A DNA stretch of 63,621 nucleotides, filler included, from Reticulomyxa filosa (Eukaryota; Protista; Foraminifera), in assembly GCA_000512085.1 (NCBI GenBank). It is 15 parts of 15 records of this genome, joined end to end, with 100 filler letters (N's around TTAATTAATTAA, not from the genome) between each part and the next. Parts side by side here need not be neighbours in the genome. Positions count along the whole stretch, not along the records: positions 24,478 to 28,194 come from ASPP01040281.1; positions 28,295 to 29,323 come from ASPP01033054.1; positions 29,424 to 30,769 come from ASPP01015567.1; positions 30,870 to 33,033 come from ASPP01000002.1; positions 33,134 to 34,225 come from ASPP01001763.1; positions 34,326 to 39,116 come from ASPP01001829.1; positions 39,217 to 61,447 come from ASPP01028993.1; 8 more parts are not named here. One strand, written 5' to 3'. This document shows positions 27,174-41,009 of this stretch, in pieces. Position numbers and translations under genes: made by a program. The notes under the pieces are model-generated. The model worked only from the letters and a program-made list of their open reading frames with translations. It had not been told where the DNA came from and ran no database searches. The stretch's first letter is position 1. Each line of letters begins with the position of its first letter.

Positions 27174-28144
27174 TCAAATATATTTTTGTGTCTCTACTAT
27201 GAGACTATTTCGAGGATAGTCAGCAGGTGGTAGTCCTTGATACGAGCTCCTCGGATTATTGTAGTTGGCATATGGTGGTTCTATTGGCGGCGGCAAAGGT
27301 TCTAAGGGACCTGAAAAAGCAGGAGGAGCTTGTATTTCTGTTCTGCGAAGTCCTGCTGGGTTGTTCTGCTGGAGCACGGACACCGAATTTACCACTTCGA
27401 GATCCTTTTTTTTTTGAAGGAAAAAAAAAAGTGTTTGATTTGTTTATCTTTCAGTAGTAGTCATATTAACTGGGAGCAGCAGCCTGCACTTCAAAAGACA
27501 CAGATTCCTCGATGTATTCGACCTGTTGGACGGGCGGTCGTTGTGGCTGCTGCTGGAAGGCAAATAATGATGTCAATTGGGAGGGTCGTTTTTCCTGGAT
27601 TTGGACAACTTTTCTTGTAATTGAAAAATAGAAGATTAAGATAAAGAAATAAGCGATCACATCCAACACATTGATGACAAAGCGCCATTGACGAGTTAAC
27701 ATACCAATATAGCCACTTGTATTTTCATTTCCATTTGCCCAATCAAAATATTTGTTTGTATGTCCCAATAACAGCAGGCTCTATTTTTTTCAAGAAATAG
27801 TATATGATGTATAACATAGATATAGAGTTATTTTTTGTTGTATAACTTCAAAAGTCCACACGCAAGAGACGTATACTAACAGCAAATATAATGTGCATTG
27901 AAGCTGTTTCTGTGGAGAAGACAGCTGGACTTTTTTGAATTGGTAAAAACAAGCAATGGGCCTCCATAAGAGCCAAAGCGATCCTAGGATGCCCACCAAT
28001 CCCAATAAAACGAGTTTTGCAAAATCTGTGATGTGTTTGTAGGAGTTAGGGATAACACGGAAACCGATTAATGCCAACATGACCGCGAACACAAAGAACG
28101 AAAACCAATTCAAAATTCTTCGTTCCCAAATGCTATCATTCTCT
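27174..28144 (-). CDS. Partial multi-exon membrane protein with a Pro/Gln-rich C-terminal tail
   Basis: Three successive minus-strand ORFs (27790-28113, 27466-27768, 27174-27395); hydrophobic helices in the first two; splice sites not resolved. Confidence 0.45.
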
Positions 28145-28146
28145 GT

Positions 28147-28191
<45 letters not shown>

Positions 28192-29472
28192 ATANNNNNN
28201 NNNNNNNNNNNNNNNNNNNNNNNNNNNNNNNNNNNNNNTTAATTAATTAANNNNNNNNNNNNNNNNNNNNNNNNNNNNNNNNNNNNNNNNNNNNGAAAGC
28301 GACAACGACGAAGATAGCAACAACAGCGAAGTGGTAGTGAAAGCGAAAATGCGCAATTGAATATTTCTTCTCGTCGGTATCGTCTGCTGATTTAGAAGAG
28401 GAGTCCTGGTTTACAAAATGTGACAGTGCAACAAAACGAACCGGCAAAGTCCGTACGCAAAGAAAAAGGTCAATCCAAACATAGAGTAGCCAACACCACA
28501 ACAGCAATTCCAATGGTCGTGACTTCTTTGATCATATTGCATTTAAGGTTATTCTCACCTTTGGCAACATTGACACCTCTTATCATAATAAAACTTACAT
28601 ACACATATCAATTGAACATATTTGCAATGAATGATAGGCCAAAGGAAATGAGAAAGTACAGCTGTTATAGCAGTCTGGGAGTGATACTGTTGACAGTAAC
28701 ACAAAATGGACGAACCAAAATACACTGAGCATGAACTTGATACATCCAGCAAAAAGGAAAGAGTCTAGTCGTTTGACGAGCATAGGGATGTCCACAAAAA
28801 GGGAGAGGAAGAAGAAATAGACAAAATGTTACGTGCGAAAACAAACGACATAATCACTCAATCAATTCGTCCCGGCGCAGTCACAATAGCATTGGTTGGA
28901 ATAGCGATTAGTCTAATACCCGTTATGCAAATCCCAAATATCAACAGAAACTGTCACATGTTGGCCAACTCGAGCTTAGCAATTCCTATTCCTTTTCTAC
29001 TACCGCTACGATAGATCGCATGAATTCGCGGACATGGCTGTTTGTCACACGTTATCCATTTTTATTTCGAGCTTTGCGTTTATCTACGCATACATTATTA
29101 CATAAATATACATATATACGTCTGTCAACATATTCAACAAAATATAGTTTAAAATTGAGTAAAGACTTAGTGTTCAAGCAAGTCAGATTGCGCCCTCGTA
29201 TAGCTTAATATATTCTTCTGCTGTAGAATCCAATCTGTCTCAAACGTTGCAATTCAAAACTCAGAAAAAGTCCTTTTCTACGTACAGTTTTGTTTTGTTT
29301 TTCTTGAATCTTTTTTTTTCATTNNNNNNNNNNNNNNNNNNNNNNNNNNNNNNNNNNNNNNNNNNNNTTAATTAATTAANNNNNNNNNNNNNNNNNNNNN
29401 NNNNNNNNNNNNNNNNNNNNNNNTTTTTTTTTATGTGTGGTGTCAGTTTTAGATAGTAATAAAGCATGATAC

Positions 29473-29828
29473 CTAGGTGTTAAAATAGGCGCATGGTAAG
29501 GCCCACGACACTCAGCTGGCGGACTTTCGAACCATTGCCTCGATGCGATTGACAAGATTTGCACCGCTGGCGTTCCATAGTTTTCTGAAAATAGACCTGC
29601 TGCTCTTCCTGTGGAGTGGTACCCGGGGCGCTCTTCTTGTTCCAGACAATAGACCGATAGGCCTTGAAGCGCCAAGTTGTACGACATTGACGCCCCGGCA
29701 ATACCTGCACCTATCACTACCACATCGCAATCAGTTTTCTTGCTTATAGTGTTTGTTGATATACTCAAACACCGTCTTGAAATTGAGCCAATGCTTGGCT
29801 GATAAATGCGACGAAGCCTGATCATCAT
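29473..29828 (-). CDS. FAD-dependent oxidoreductase (DAO/glycine oxidase family), first exon with a probable mitochondrial presequence
   Basis: DVVVIGAGIAGAS Rossmann motif and LEQEERPGYHSTGRAAG; Arg/Ser-rich leader without acidic residues; GT donor at 29472. Confidence 0.85.
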
Positions 29829-30197
29829 AATCAATGTACCTTTTTTTTTTTTTAGAGGTAAAGAAAAAGACATAATCAGAGACCAATGCGTCTTTTCTTC
29901 AAGGGTAGCATTGTAAAATGAAAAGACAGCAAAGAAATAGATTAGTAGAACAACACCAGAGTTGATTTTAAATGCAAAAACAATAAACAAGGCTACACTT
30001 GAACTGTCAACCTAACGATGGCAATGCATATAGCTACAAGTTGCATTTGTCTTAGAGATTTAGTGACAACACGTTAGACTTGAAAATACAACCAAATCAT
30101 TAAAAAAAATAGTTTGCATTGGCAAAAATATTAATAAAAAAAACGAGTTGTGTGGCACAAGCAGCACACAGTTTACAAGAGATTGATTGACAGCCCC

Positions 30198-30724
30198 TCA
30201 AGCCAAGTGTGCCATTTGCAACTGCCTTCGCACAATACCAAATTGGACATCGTTAATAACCTGTTGCATGCGCCTAGTGTCGGTGGCACAAGTGACGTGA
30301 AAGAAAACATCCCGCTGAGGAGGAGGGGAGTTGGTATTTCGAAAAATGGACTTGGTTGGTTTGCGATGCATTGCTTCGGTATTCTGTTTGAAAAGGGTTT
30401 CAAACTTGGTGCGCACATAACCAACGATTTTTTTACGATTATGGGCCCACTCTGTATTGAAGGAAGGGACGCAAGTGGTGAACGGCACAGCACCAATTTT
30501 GACATCAAACACATCTACCTTATTGAAGAACACGACAAAGTCGGTGTTATAAAAGATGCGATTTTGAGTGAGATCGTCAAACACGCTGAATGTTTCGTCA
30601 TAGCACTTGACCGATATGTCTTCAAATAGCACTTGATCATAAGCACTTAGGCTCATCACATACAATATTAAATTTATGTTATCTTCAAATATGTTCATCC
30701 ATTTGCGGCGCTCTGATCGTTGTC
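30198..30724 (-). CDS. Heterotrimeric G-protein alpha subunit, terminal exon
   Basis: GQRSERRKW (switch II), SLSAYDQVLFED, FFNKVD (G4) and TCATDT (G5). Confidence 0.93.
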
Positions 30725-33133
30725 CTTTTTTTTTTTATTTTTTTTTTTTTTTTTTTTTTTTTCTTTTTTNNNNNNNNNNNNNNNNNNNNNNNNNNNNNNN
30801 NNNNNNNNNNNNNTTAATTAATTAANNNNNNNNNNNNNNNNNNNNNNNNNNNNNNNNNNNNNNNNNNNNGGGGTTTTTTCAGTCATTTTCAAAAGTGACA
30901 TATAATTGAAAACTTGAAGCAGTAAATGATGCTGACTTTGGTGCATTTTTCTTTCTGAGTTTGCTTCATGTCCATTATTTTCCATTTGCTTAATTATATT
31001 CCAATGAGCAAATGTTATGATGAAGATGCTTTCAAATGACTATTCATTGTCCTTAATTATAATTAATGATATCGTGTTTCAAAAGAACACAGCATTGATT
31101 ATCTTTTTGAAAAAGTCATTACATCACGACATCAATTCCACTTCAGTTCTACACTCAATCAGTAGTGAAATCCTTGTTATTTGCTACAAAATACAAACAT
31201 TACAAAGATAAAAATTAAAAAACTTGAACAACGTCCCCCCTGTCTGACGCTTTTTTAAAAAAGTGGTTAATTTTTAAAAATCAGTTCAAAAAAAAATAAA
31301 AAATGACCCACAAATCGCAAAAAATTCAAGAACGCTTAGTGGCAGCCAATAGCATTTATTTTCCATTTTTTAGGAAAAAAAAAATTGATGTAGAATTTGA
31401 CCAGTATATGATCAGCCTGAGAATGTTCATTTTTTTTTACTTTTTCATTATTTTCAAAATATTTATAATTGAAAAAAAGTACAAAAAGTAACACGCACCG
31501 ACATTAACACAATACTAAAAAAACGGTAGAAGACTCAGATATGAAGAGACTGCAAAAAAGTGCATCAAAAGTAACATTGCAAAAACTAAACAAAATCACT
31601 TCATAATTCAACAAAAAAATCACAGCCAAGTTTTTCGAATAGCAATGATTCCAAATTCTCTTGCTATTGCCTTTGCCATTCTTATCTGCAATACTTTTTT
31701 TATTCATTGCCAGACCAAAAAAAAAAATACGTACATACAATACTTATTTGAAAACACTTATGTACGTACTTACAAAAAAATTATTACAATTCTACGTATA
31801 AATACTAAACATGTCCGTATAGTCTTTTACCATGTTTAAATACATATTCATCCATTATTAGACCATTCAAATTTTCAAATTGATATTGCAACAATAATGT
31901 TGCTTTGTTGCGTTCGAATATACATTAACAATCTCTTGTTTTTCATAAAAATGAATGTCTTGTTTGAACCAATATGAAAACCTATTTATCATTGGCAAGT
32001 TGCAGTTGGCGCATATTACTTGAATGTAAATTAAAGGACTCATCACTAGCTTTTCCATGCTCTGTGCAATATCACAACAAATGTCACAAAGTAGGGTCCA
32101 CTGTCTTGAAGAAGCCACAAGAGGCGTAACTTTGTTCTGTCCTCGAAGAAATAGCTGGAAGATATATATCTTGCATTTGATAAAATTTGGGAAGTTGCTA
32201 AGTTTTAAGAAGTACAAAGTTCGATAAAGCAGGAGTTTTTTTCTACTTCAACTCAATCAAGTCTTTCAAGTTTGCACTTTTTCAAGTAAAATAATCAAAA
32301 AAAAAAGTAACAATATTTTGCCTCTAATTTATTTGTTGAGCTATCGCTCTTCGATTAAAACAAAACAAAAAAAGACAATATGCAAAGTGCAATAATAATA
32401 ATAACGATATTGCTGCAAATGCCATTACAAACAGTGTTGTGAATGAAAAGGATTCTGTCAGCAAAGCACCATATGATGACAGAAAACATAGCCGCATACC
32501 CACATGATTCGAAACGTAGTTTTGCACAGATTTCGAAATCTTTGTCCAAGCATTCTGAACTCACTCCAAACTTTTCATTCAAATTGACTACCATTATAAC
32601 TTTTCGACACTATGTATGTGTGTATTTCATTTTGTAATATGTGATTGACATATATATCACTTGGATCGTTTACAGATTCTAAATAAAACTCTATTAATCG
32701 CTATTTTTTCCCCTCCACAAAACATTAACTTGCAATTGGTATTCGTGAAGCTTGCCAAATGGATTTGCTTTGATCCAATCACTACCATTGTCGCCGACTG
32801 CTGCTTTCGTTGGAAACACTTTCAACCACATAGCTGCTCGTCCGACTCGTCTTTGGCTATCATTCGGTCATCGATCATTGTCTAATCCATCGCGTTGTCA
32901 TTCGCATTGGACCTTTCTTTTTTTGTTTTGTGCATTGCTCTTCTGTTCAAACCAATCAAAAACTTACCTTTTTTTTTTGAGGTTGAAAGTATCACAAATT
33001 TTAAAAAATTTGATTGGTTTGAAAAAAAAAAAANNNNNNNNNNNNNNNNNNNNNNNNNNNNNNNNNNNNNNNNNNNNTTAATTAATTAANNNNNNNNNNN
33101 NNNNNNNNNNNNNNNNNNNNNNNNNNNNNNNNN

Positions 33134-33800
33134 ACATTTTCAATGAAATATAAAAGTATTTTCTGGAAAATATGTGACGAACAATAAATCGTCATTTATT
33201 CCACCAACCAACCCACGCACTTTTTTTAAATTGTCTTCAAATTTTCCAATGTTGGTATCTTCATTATGTTTGATCCAAGTATTGAAAGATTAATTTTTAG
33301 ATTTGAGATCACCATGATGACTATGATCATTCATTTCCCAAACATTGAAATGATTAATTTAAAGACATGAAACCATTGAATGGAATAAAAAATGACATAA
33401 TACCAAAAGAAAAACATAAATTTGGAATTGAATATCATTGTTTTGTGCCATTGACAATGAATAATGAAAAAGTGATTAATCATTTCATATTATTTTGTTA
33501 TAACACAGGATTATTAATAAAATATGATGACAAAATAAAATTTAATTATTAAAAATTACCAGTTTGTCATTCTTTGGAGGATTTCAATATTTATTCATTT
33601 GTATATATTTACGATTATATATTTTTATTTGGAGGAGATAGTGAATATGAATAACAAATAGTGTGTAATGAATGTAAAATCACATTACCAATGAAAATTT
33701 CTTCATCATTTAACACAAATGTTCATATCATTGATGGATCCAATGCATATTATAAAATACAGAAAATGCACGTGAGTACGAATGTAGGACAATAATTTGA
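33134..33800. pseudogene. Rearranged kelch-family remnants
   Basis: Minus strand VRGLVGGINDDLLFVTYFPEN (33140-33220); plus strand EYHCFVPL...HFILFCYNTGLLIKYD (33367-33552); stops and frameshifts. Confidence 0.6.
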
Positions 33801-34325
33801 AAAACGTATGAATTAAAGAAAGAGATCATAGGATTGAAAGAAACAACGATAAGAGCGAAACGAAAAGCAAAATTATTAAAAAAAGTGACAACAAGAATTA
33901 AATTTGAAAGATCATATGTAATCCCAATTGTTACTTATGATCAATCGTCAATTATTAATCATGATTATAATCTTCCACATTCTTCTTTAACAATTGATGG
34001 AGAATTAAATCTTTTTCCTGATTCTCTTTTGCAACAAAAAATTCAAACTTTTTTGCAATCATCAAAGTAATATTATCATTTGTTGTAAAGAAGAGAAGAA
34101 AAGAAAAATATATCTATTTTACAATTATTTTTTAATCCATCTAAATTTAATCTCATATTTAGTAAACGGTCAAAATAAATTACAGACTATTACATTTTTC
34201 TTAATTTTGAGTGAATAAAGAAAAGNNNNNNNNNNNNNNNNNNNNNNNNNNNNNNNNNNNNNNNNNNNNTTAATTAATTAANNNNNNNNNNNNNNNNNNN
34301 NNNNNNNNNNNNNNNNNNNNNNNNN

Positions 34326-35164
34326 CTCACATAATCTGTATGTCCTTTGAATACATTCAATTGTTTTGGTTGTTTCAATATCCCATATTCGAATGGTTGC
34401 ATCATATGATCCAGAACAAATCGTATATCCATTTCCACCAATCACACCAATATTATTCTTTTTATTATTATTAATATTGCTGTTATTGCTTTGTAATGGT
34501 GAAATATCAACACACCAAACAACATCTTGATGTCCATTGAAAACATGTAATGTTTTTGATGTTTCAACATCCCATAAACGAATTGTTTTGTCATATGATC
34601 CGGAACACAAATATCTACCATCATTAAATTGTGAAAATTCAATTCCATTGACACCTTGAGTATGTCCATTGAATATTTGTAATTGCTTATTATGTTTAAA
34701 ATCCCAAAAACGAATGGTTTTATCGTATGATGAAGAACAAATGACATTTTGACGATGATTATGATAATGATATGATGAAAATTTCACACAATACACGTCC
34801 GATGAATGTCCATTGAGTGTTTGAATTTGTTTGTTGTTATCAACATCCCATACACGAACTGTCTTATCAATTGATCCAGAACAAATGAATTGACAATCAC
34901 CAAATGCTGAATAATCAATACTGTACACAGTCATTGTATGTCCAGTGAATGTATTGATTAATTTGGCTGATGAACGAAATGTGTCAAACATGAAGACAGT
35001 ATATGCCTATGCCAAATAATTTGAATATTTTGTTAGTATTTAAAAAAAAAGAACAATGAACTAACATAATTGACAACGAGTTTGTCAAAATCTTTGATCC
35101 ATCCAAATTTAATGTTTAATGTTCGAATCCAATGATGTATAATGATTTGGATATCTTCTTTTGA
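34326..35164 (-). CDS. WD40-repeat protein, partial (module exon 35164-35066, main exon from ~35006); apparent frameshift near 34365
   Basis: GH...CSGS.DKT.R.WD repeats; paralogue of 16139-17461; truncated by the contig end. Confidence 0.85.
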
Positions 35165-36179
35165 CTATTTCAATTACAGGTTGAAATGATAAGCAAAATA
35201 AAGAATAAAAACTTAAAAACAAATTGGACTCAACTTTCATTGATAAGTTTAAGTTCATTCTTAAAACTTTTTTTAGTTTTCTCTTGAGAAAATCTTTGAT
35301 GACGCAAGATGAAAAAATGGTTGAACTTTTGTTTATAAAAGGAAACTGAACTAAGAAACATTTTGAAAAGGTAAATATTACATTTGGTAAAATATTTGGA
35401 CATCACAATAATCAGTAACGACAATTTTACAATAGAAAAATCATCAAATTATGAAATATCTATCATAGAAGGGCAATATAATGTTACTTATTTTGTTAAT
35501 TTTTTATTAAATCTGTGTAAGCAGAATGCTTTTTTTTGGGCAATCAATCGCTCGAAAACAGAATAAATTGTAAGATATTTGTGAATGAAATAAATAAGTA
35601 TTCTTATTTATGATCATTCATTTAATGTTAATAGCCTCAATTCAATTTTCATATTTGATTAAAAATAACTGTTACAACGAAACAATTTGTTTATAAATTC
35701 AATCCAAAGAAAATTCTATTTATGTTATTTTATTTGAATATTTCAATAAATATATTATGGATGAAACAAATCCAGCAAGTTGTGCTAATGTCATATCGAT
35801 ATTGAAAAAATCAAGAAAACAAGAATTAGGAAAAGATACAACAATGTTAATTTCCATAAATATTCTTATGCAAGGATACGTAGATTTTTTTACTGCGGTC
35901 AGATGGGCGTGTGAATGAATGTACAAATTATGTACTAAAAAATTTAACCCTATTTTTTTCAAATTTTTGATTTAGCAAATTAGACAAAAATTATTATTCA
36001 ATTGCTCATGAAAGGAGAGAGAGTATTTTTGTGATCAAAGTAATTCATTGAATCCATTGAATATTGCAAATTTTGAAACTTAGAAATATGAATAACTCAA
36101 TGCAAAATAAAAAACAACAAAAGCCAAATAAATCATTTGAACTTGACAGCCTTTGCCATATAAATACTCAACAATGATA

Positions 36180-36850
36180 AATCCGCAATTTGACATCCTT
36201 GTGTAGTTGACTAAATAATCAAAAATCCATAATCACTAAGTCTATATAATGACATATCTTGGTTTATATTTGTTCCTCTCGTTGTCTTTTGATTAGAAAT
36301 TGGAATATTTTCACCACGGCAAACATCAACAATAAATATTTTTGGAAAATCTTTGAAAGATTTCATTTCATGGCAATTAAATATTGTACATATTTCGTCA
36401 ATTGATAAAAAGCTTCTACCCTTGCCACTAACATATGTCTTTTCTCTACATGTCCACAAATTATTATATTATCAATCCATCATATTTTAGTATTTTCGTG
36501 ATGTTCATGCTTTGCAATTGTTTTGGCTAAAAATGCTTGCACACTTTGTTTTGTCATTTGTGGAGATTGATTGCATTCAAGTTCATAATCTAATTCTTTT
36601 TGAAACAATATTTGGACTTTTCTACATTTTTTCTTTCACATTTGGAAGATCAGGCCATTTTGTGTTATCAATATATCCACTAATTACAATCATCATTGCC
36701 AATACGTTTTTAATTGTTTTCGTTTTTCCAAATTATTTTAAACGAATTTTAAATTCTCTTTTCATATCCTTGTCTGATTCAATAATATTATCTTCCATAT
36801 TGATCAATTCAAGCCTTATATTTTCATTTCTAATTGTTTGAAAATCGTTC
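36180..36850 (-). pseudogene. Caspase-like (peptidase C14) pseudogene
   Basis: NVLAMMIVISGY..WPDLPNV, ICGH (catalytic His region) and FPKIFIVDVCRG (catalytic Cys, cf. KPKLFIIQACRG); frameshifted. Confidence 0.75.
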
Positions 36851-38536
36851 CATTCCAAACAATGCTAACTTTGACAAACAAATTGTCTTTCATTTTTATC
36901 AATGTTTTTCTTTTATCCACTTTCATATGCCCCGTCAACTATTTTGTATTTTGTTATTGTAATTCAAACGAAAAAATAAGAGTAAAATAATACACCATTT
37001 GTTAACTTTCTTTTTCTTTTTCTTTGTTTTAAAATAACATTTTAATTTAGTAATTGGGAAATCCGAGTCAATGCAACAAATCATTCAACAACAACAAGCC
37101 TGTGCTTTATAATTATATAGGATGAGATTAAACGTTTGAAATCAGAAACAAAACAAAATGAAGAAATTTCGAAATAAACAACACAAACAAATAAATTACA
37201 TCATTAGAACAAAAAAGAAATTAAATCAAAAAATAATCAAATTCATTAAATAAATATTAATTATAGCAAAAAAAAATATTCCATACAAGTAAATTTGGCT
37301 TAACATTTACAAATATTTCTTCATAGTATGACAATTTTCAATATATTCTCAAAACAAATTACTATTTTCATTAGTCAACTGATTTGCTCTTTATTTGATG
37401 CACAGCAAAAGCTAAGCTCATCATTTGTGTTTAATCATTCAACGAATAAAAATTTATATTTATTTAAAATTAAAAGAATTGAGTACGTTGTGTTAACTGA
37501 ATTTGTACTTTATTATGTCACAATTGCATTGTCGCATTAAGTAATAATCCATTGATTATTTTATGATCTTCCAAATAGTTCACAAATAAACAAATGAGAT
37601 ATAAAAAAAACAAGGAATATTTGAATATGCACGATAAAATATCATTCCTTTTTCAGAATCTGCAGCAATTGAAAATTCTCTTTAAAAAAACCTTTATGTG
37701 AAGATTTCCTGAAAAAAAAAAAAAGAAAGATTCTCTATCTTCTTTTAAATATTTTTTTTTGAAAAATTGAAAATGTTCAAAGCTATTAAAATTGTGCAAA
37801 TTGATCTTGGATGAATTGTCTTTTTATTTTTTTTATTTTGCATGCTTTTGTTTTCAAACAAAGAAACAAATATAATTTTAACAATACAAACTCAATCACA
37901 TTTTTTTAAATTCAACAACAATTCAAATTTGACATAGTAAAGTATAGAATTCAATTCAATGTCAAAATTGTTCATTGAATGATTGGAAAATATTACATGA
38001 CAAAACAAAGTGTTTTTTCTTTGACTCTACAATTGGTGTAAAATGTGGAAGTATTAAATTATTTACAACGACGATTCATACTTTACTTATTATGCCATTA
38101 GACCATAGTTTTAAAAGCAAATAAAGTGCATGTTATGTTTGATTTTTATGATAACCAACTTCCAATTTGATATTAGCTTGAAAAAAAAATGGAAATTCAA
38201 CGAATTGCAATATACAGTACAGAAACACATGTTTTTTTCAATATTATGTAAATATTGTCACTTTTTTAAAACTAACTATAAACTGTTTTCTCACAAGAAA
38301 AATAAAAAATGTTATTTTTTATGTTTGATGTTTATCAATTTAAACCATAAGCAATAAGTAATCAAAGCGAAAGAAACACCAAAGTGAAAGAATTACCAAT
38401 TGAACAGCACAAAAATAAAAAAAACTGTCGTTTGTCTTACATATTTTCCACTGAGTTCAATGTGGTCATTTCCAATCAAATATACAAGCAAAAAATAAAC
38501 ACTTACTCAAGTAAAAAAAAATATTTTCAAAAAAAC

Positions 38537-39116
38537 TCAAAAAGTTCCACCATATTTTTCAATAACTGACATTTGTAAAAGAGTAACACCTTTTGCATCT
38601 TTCCAAGTACTTCCCTTTAATGACAAACCAGCGCAACCACCTTGCCAAATGCATTTCCTCAAAGACTTTTTATTTTGTGCGTCTGATAAAGATTTTTTAT
38701 CATCAGCAGAAAAACGAACCAAACTTGAATTACTCGAAACATCAGACATGCCTGCAACGCGAGCAGAAGATGAATCGTACAAAAGAATGGTTTTATCATC
38801 TGGATAAGATATAATTCTGTTATCATCAGGTGAAAATTGAACAGAAACAACACCTTCTAAAGATTGAATTTGTTTCCAAATGATGGATCCCACAATCGAA
38901 TGGTTTTATCCAATGAACCCGATACAATTCTGTTACCATCAGGTGAAAATTGAACAGAAACAACACTACCTGAATGACCTTCTAAAGATTGAATTTGTTT
39001 TCCAGATGATACATCCCATAATCGAATGGTGTTATCATGTGAACCAGATACAATTGTGTTACCGTCAGATGAAAATTGAACAGAAGTAACATAACCTAAA
39101 TGGCCTTCAAAAGATT
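38537..39116 (-). pseudogene. 3' end of a WD40-repeat gene with a frameshift near 38880 (pseudogene or sequencing error)
   Basis: Near-identical ~126-nt repeats encoding GH..SVQFSPDGNRIVSGS.DKTIRLWD; ends IWQGGCAGLSLKGSTWK...GGTF. Confidence 0.7.
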
Positions 39117-40229
39117 NNNNNNNNNNNNNNNNNNNNNNNNNNNNNNNNNNNNNNNNNNNNTTAATTAATTAANNNNNNNNNNNNNNNNNNNNNNNNNNNN
39201 NNNNNNNNNNNNNNNNAAAAGATCAATAAAACATATCAAAAACTCACACACAATCAACAACAATGAAAAAAAAAAATATTAAGTTTTAATTTAATCTTTA
39301 AAATATCAAAAAAAACAAATAAATCTCAAAGGTTGTACGGTGAGATCAATCAACGGTTGCGAAAATAAATTTGGCTCTTCCCTGTGGAATGGTCAGGGGG
39401 AATTACAGGAGCAATGCCAATGCTCAACTAAATCCTCTGAGCCTTATTTTCGAAGTGTTGATGTCTCAGGGAAATATTGAGATTCAATTCACATCTTTTA
39501 ACAAATTAAAGCAAACTAAAACAAAAAATAAAATTTAAACACTTATTATTCAAGAAAAGCATGTGAATGTTTATATACATATATATTAAAAGCCCCTTCA
39601 TAATCATTGGCACCCAACTGCCAAAAGTGGGGCAAACAGCCAGCGCTCAAGGGAATGGACACTATGTCCAAAATACATCTCCCATGGCGAACTCATTCAC
39701 TATCTACCAAAAAAACTTCAGGCAAAAATCCGAAAGCAAACTTCGACAAAGACCAAATGCTAATTTTCGGCTGAGGCGAAGGCATCCGAGAGCAAAGCGG
39801 CAAACCCCAAAGAAAAATAAATGGTTGTATTGTGTCCCCTGGGATTCATCAAACACGTCATACAGACACATTCGTACAGAGCTTTCATACTTTAGTGAAT
39901 TATTGTCCTGAAGGATTTTTTTAACCGAAGTAAATTTGATGTTCGTTTCATTGTTTGTTTGAATTATATTTCATTTTCTACAATCTTCATTCAGCACATA
40001 TTAAAGTTTTTGCGAATGCAGCAGATTGGATCAAAATCCGCACTGTATTTCCTTTTTTGAATTGTGAGTTACTGGATCTCTCCAGGAGATTTGGAGACTT
40101 TGTGATATCATCAGGTCTGATCAAAATCTACGTTGGTACTCCACAATTATTTTTGATTATTGTTTTTGTGTTATATTTTTCTTTCAGACTTTGATACTAA
40201 ATATTTTTTTTACTTTTGTTTTCCTTGGT

Positions 40230-41000
40230 TTTAATGATGAATGCACGAAATGTGCAAGTGTTGTTTTATTGATTACTTTGTAAGACATTCGAGAACATGT
40301 TGAAAAAGAATATGCGAACTCGACGACAATTTCTTTGCTCCAACGTTCCAACGATAGTCATAACTCCAATTAATCCAAAGAACTTTGATCAGCAACATCA
40401 GTGATTAAGGACAAGAATTTGTTGTCCAGAAAAGTGTTTGCACACACATTTTCTGGAAATTTCCACACATTATTTGTTCATTTTACAGTCGATATCATCG
40501 AACAACTTATCCAATTTGCTAATAAAGCGATAACGACACTAAAGAAACATTGGAAAATTATGGATATCAAATACAAGAAGTGAAAAGATTCCATAAGATG
40601 ACAATTGTTAAATTGATGTTATCCAAGACTGAAGATGTCATTAAGATATTGAAAGACAATGACATTCAGATTGGATATTCAGTGGTGAAAGTGGGACCAT
40701 TTGATAGAAATAAATCGAGACCAAAGTCACATTTCAGGCAATGCAGAAACTGCTACAAATTGAACCATATTGCTCGTGAATGCCCAAAGAAACGTAAAGC
40801 GTGCAAGTTTTGCGAATTGTCTAATCACGAAGCAGCAAAATGAAGAAACAAGAACAACCCAAGCAAATATAAATGTGTGTTATGTAGTGCAACATCCAAG
40901 TAATTCTGTGCAGTGTGAAGTGATTCGCAAGGCAAGAGAAAAACTTAGTATTAAATTAACTAGAAAGGAAGATGCATTTCTGAAGAAAAAAGCATCTTAA
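40230..41000 (+). mobile_element. Degenerate LINE ORF1 (gag-like) with CCHC zinc knuckles
   Basis: QCRNCYKLNHIARECP, CKFCELSNHEAAK* and a frameshifted KCVLC..HPSNSVQC form the triple-knuckle pattern of LINE ORF1. Confidence 0.8.
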
Positions 41001-41009
41001 ACCGTTGGT

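Noticed and set aside
28295-29323. Short ORFs on this contig and at 31000-33000 and 62755-63480
   Set aside because: Could not build a consistent spliced model or recognise a domain.
30198-30724. G-alpha, G-gamma and WD40 genes as a G-protein gene cluster
   Set aside because: G-alpha is on a different contig, so co-occurrence in the window is not linkage.
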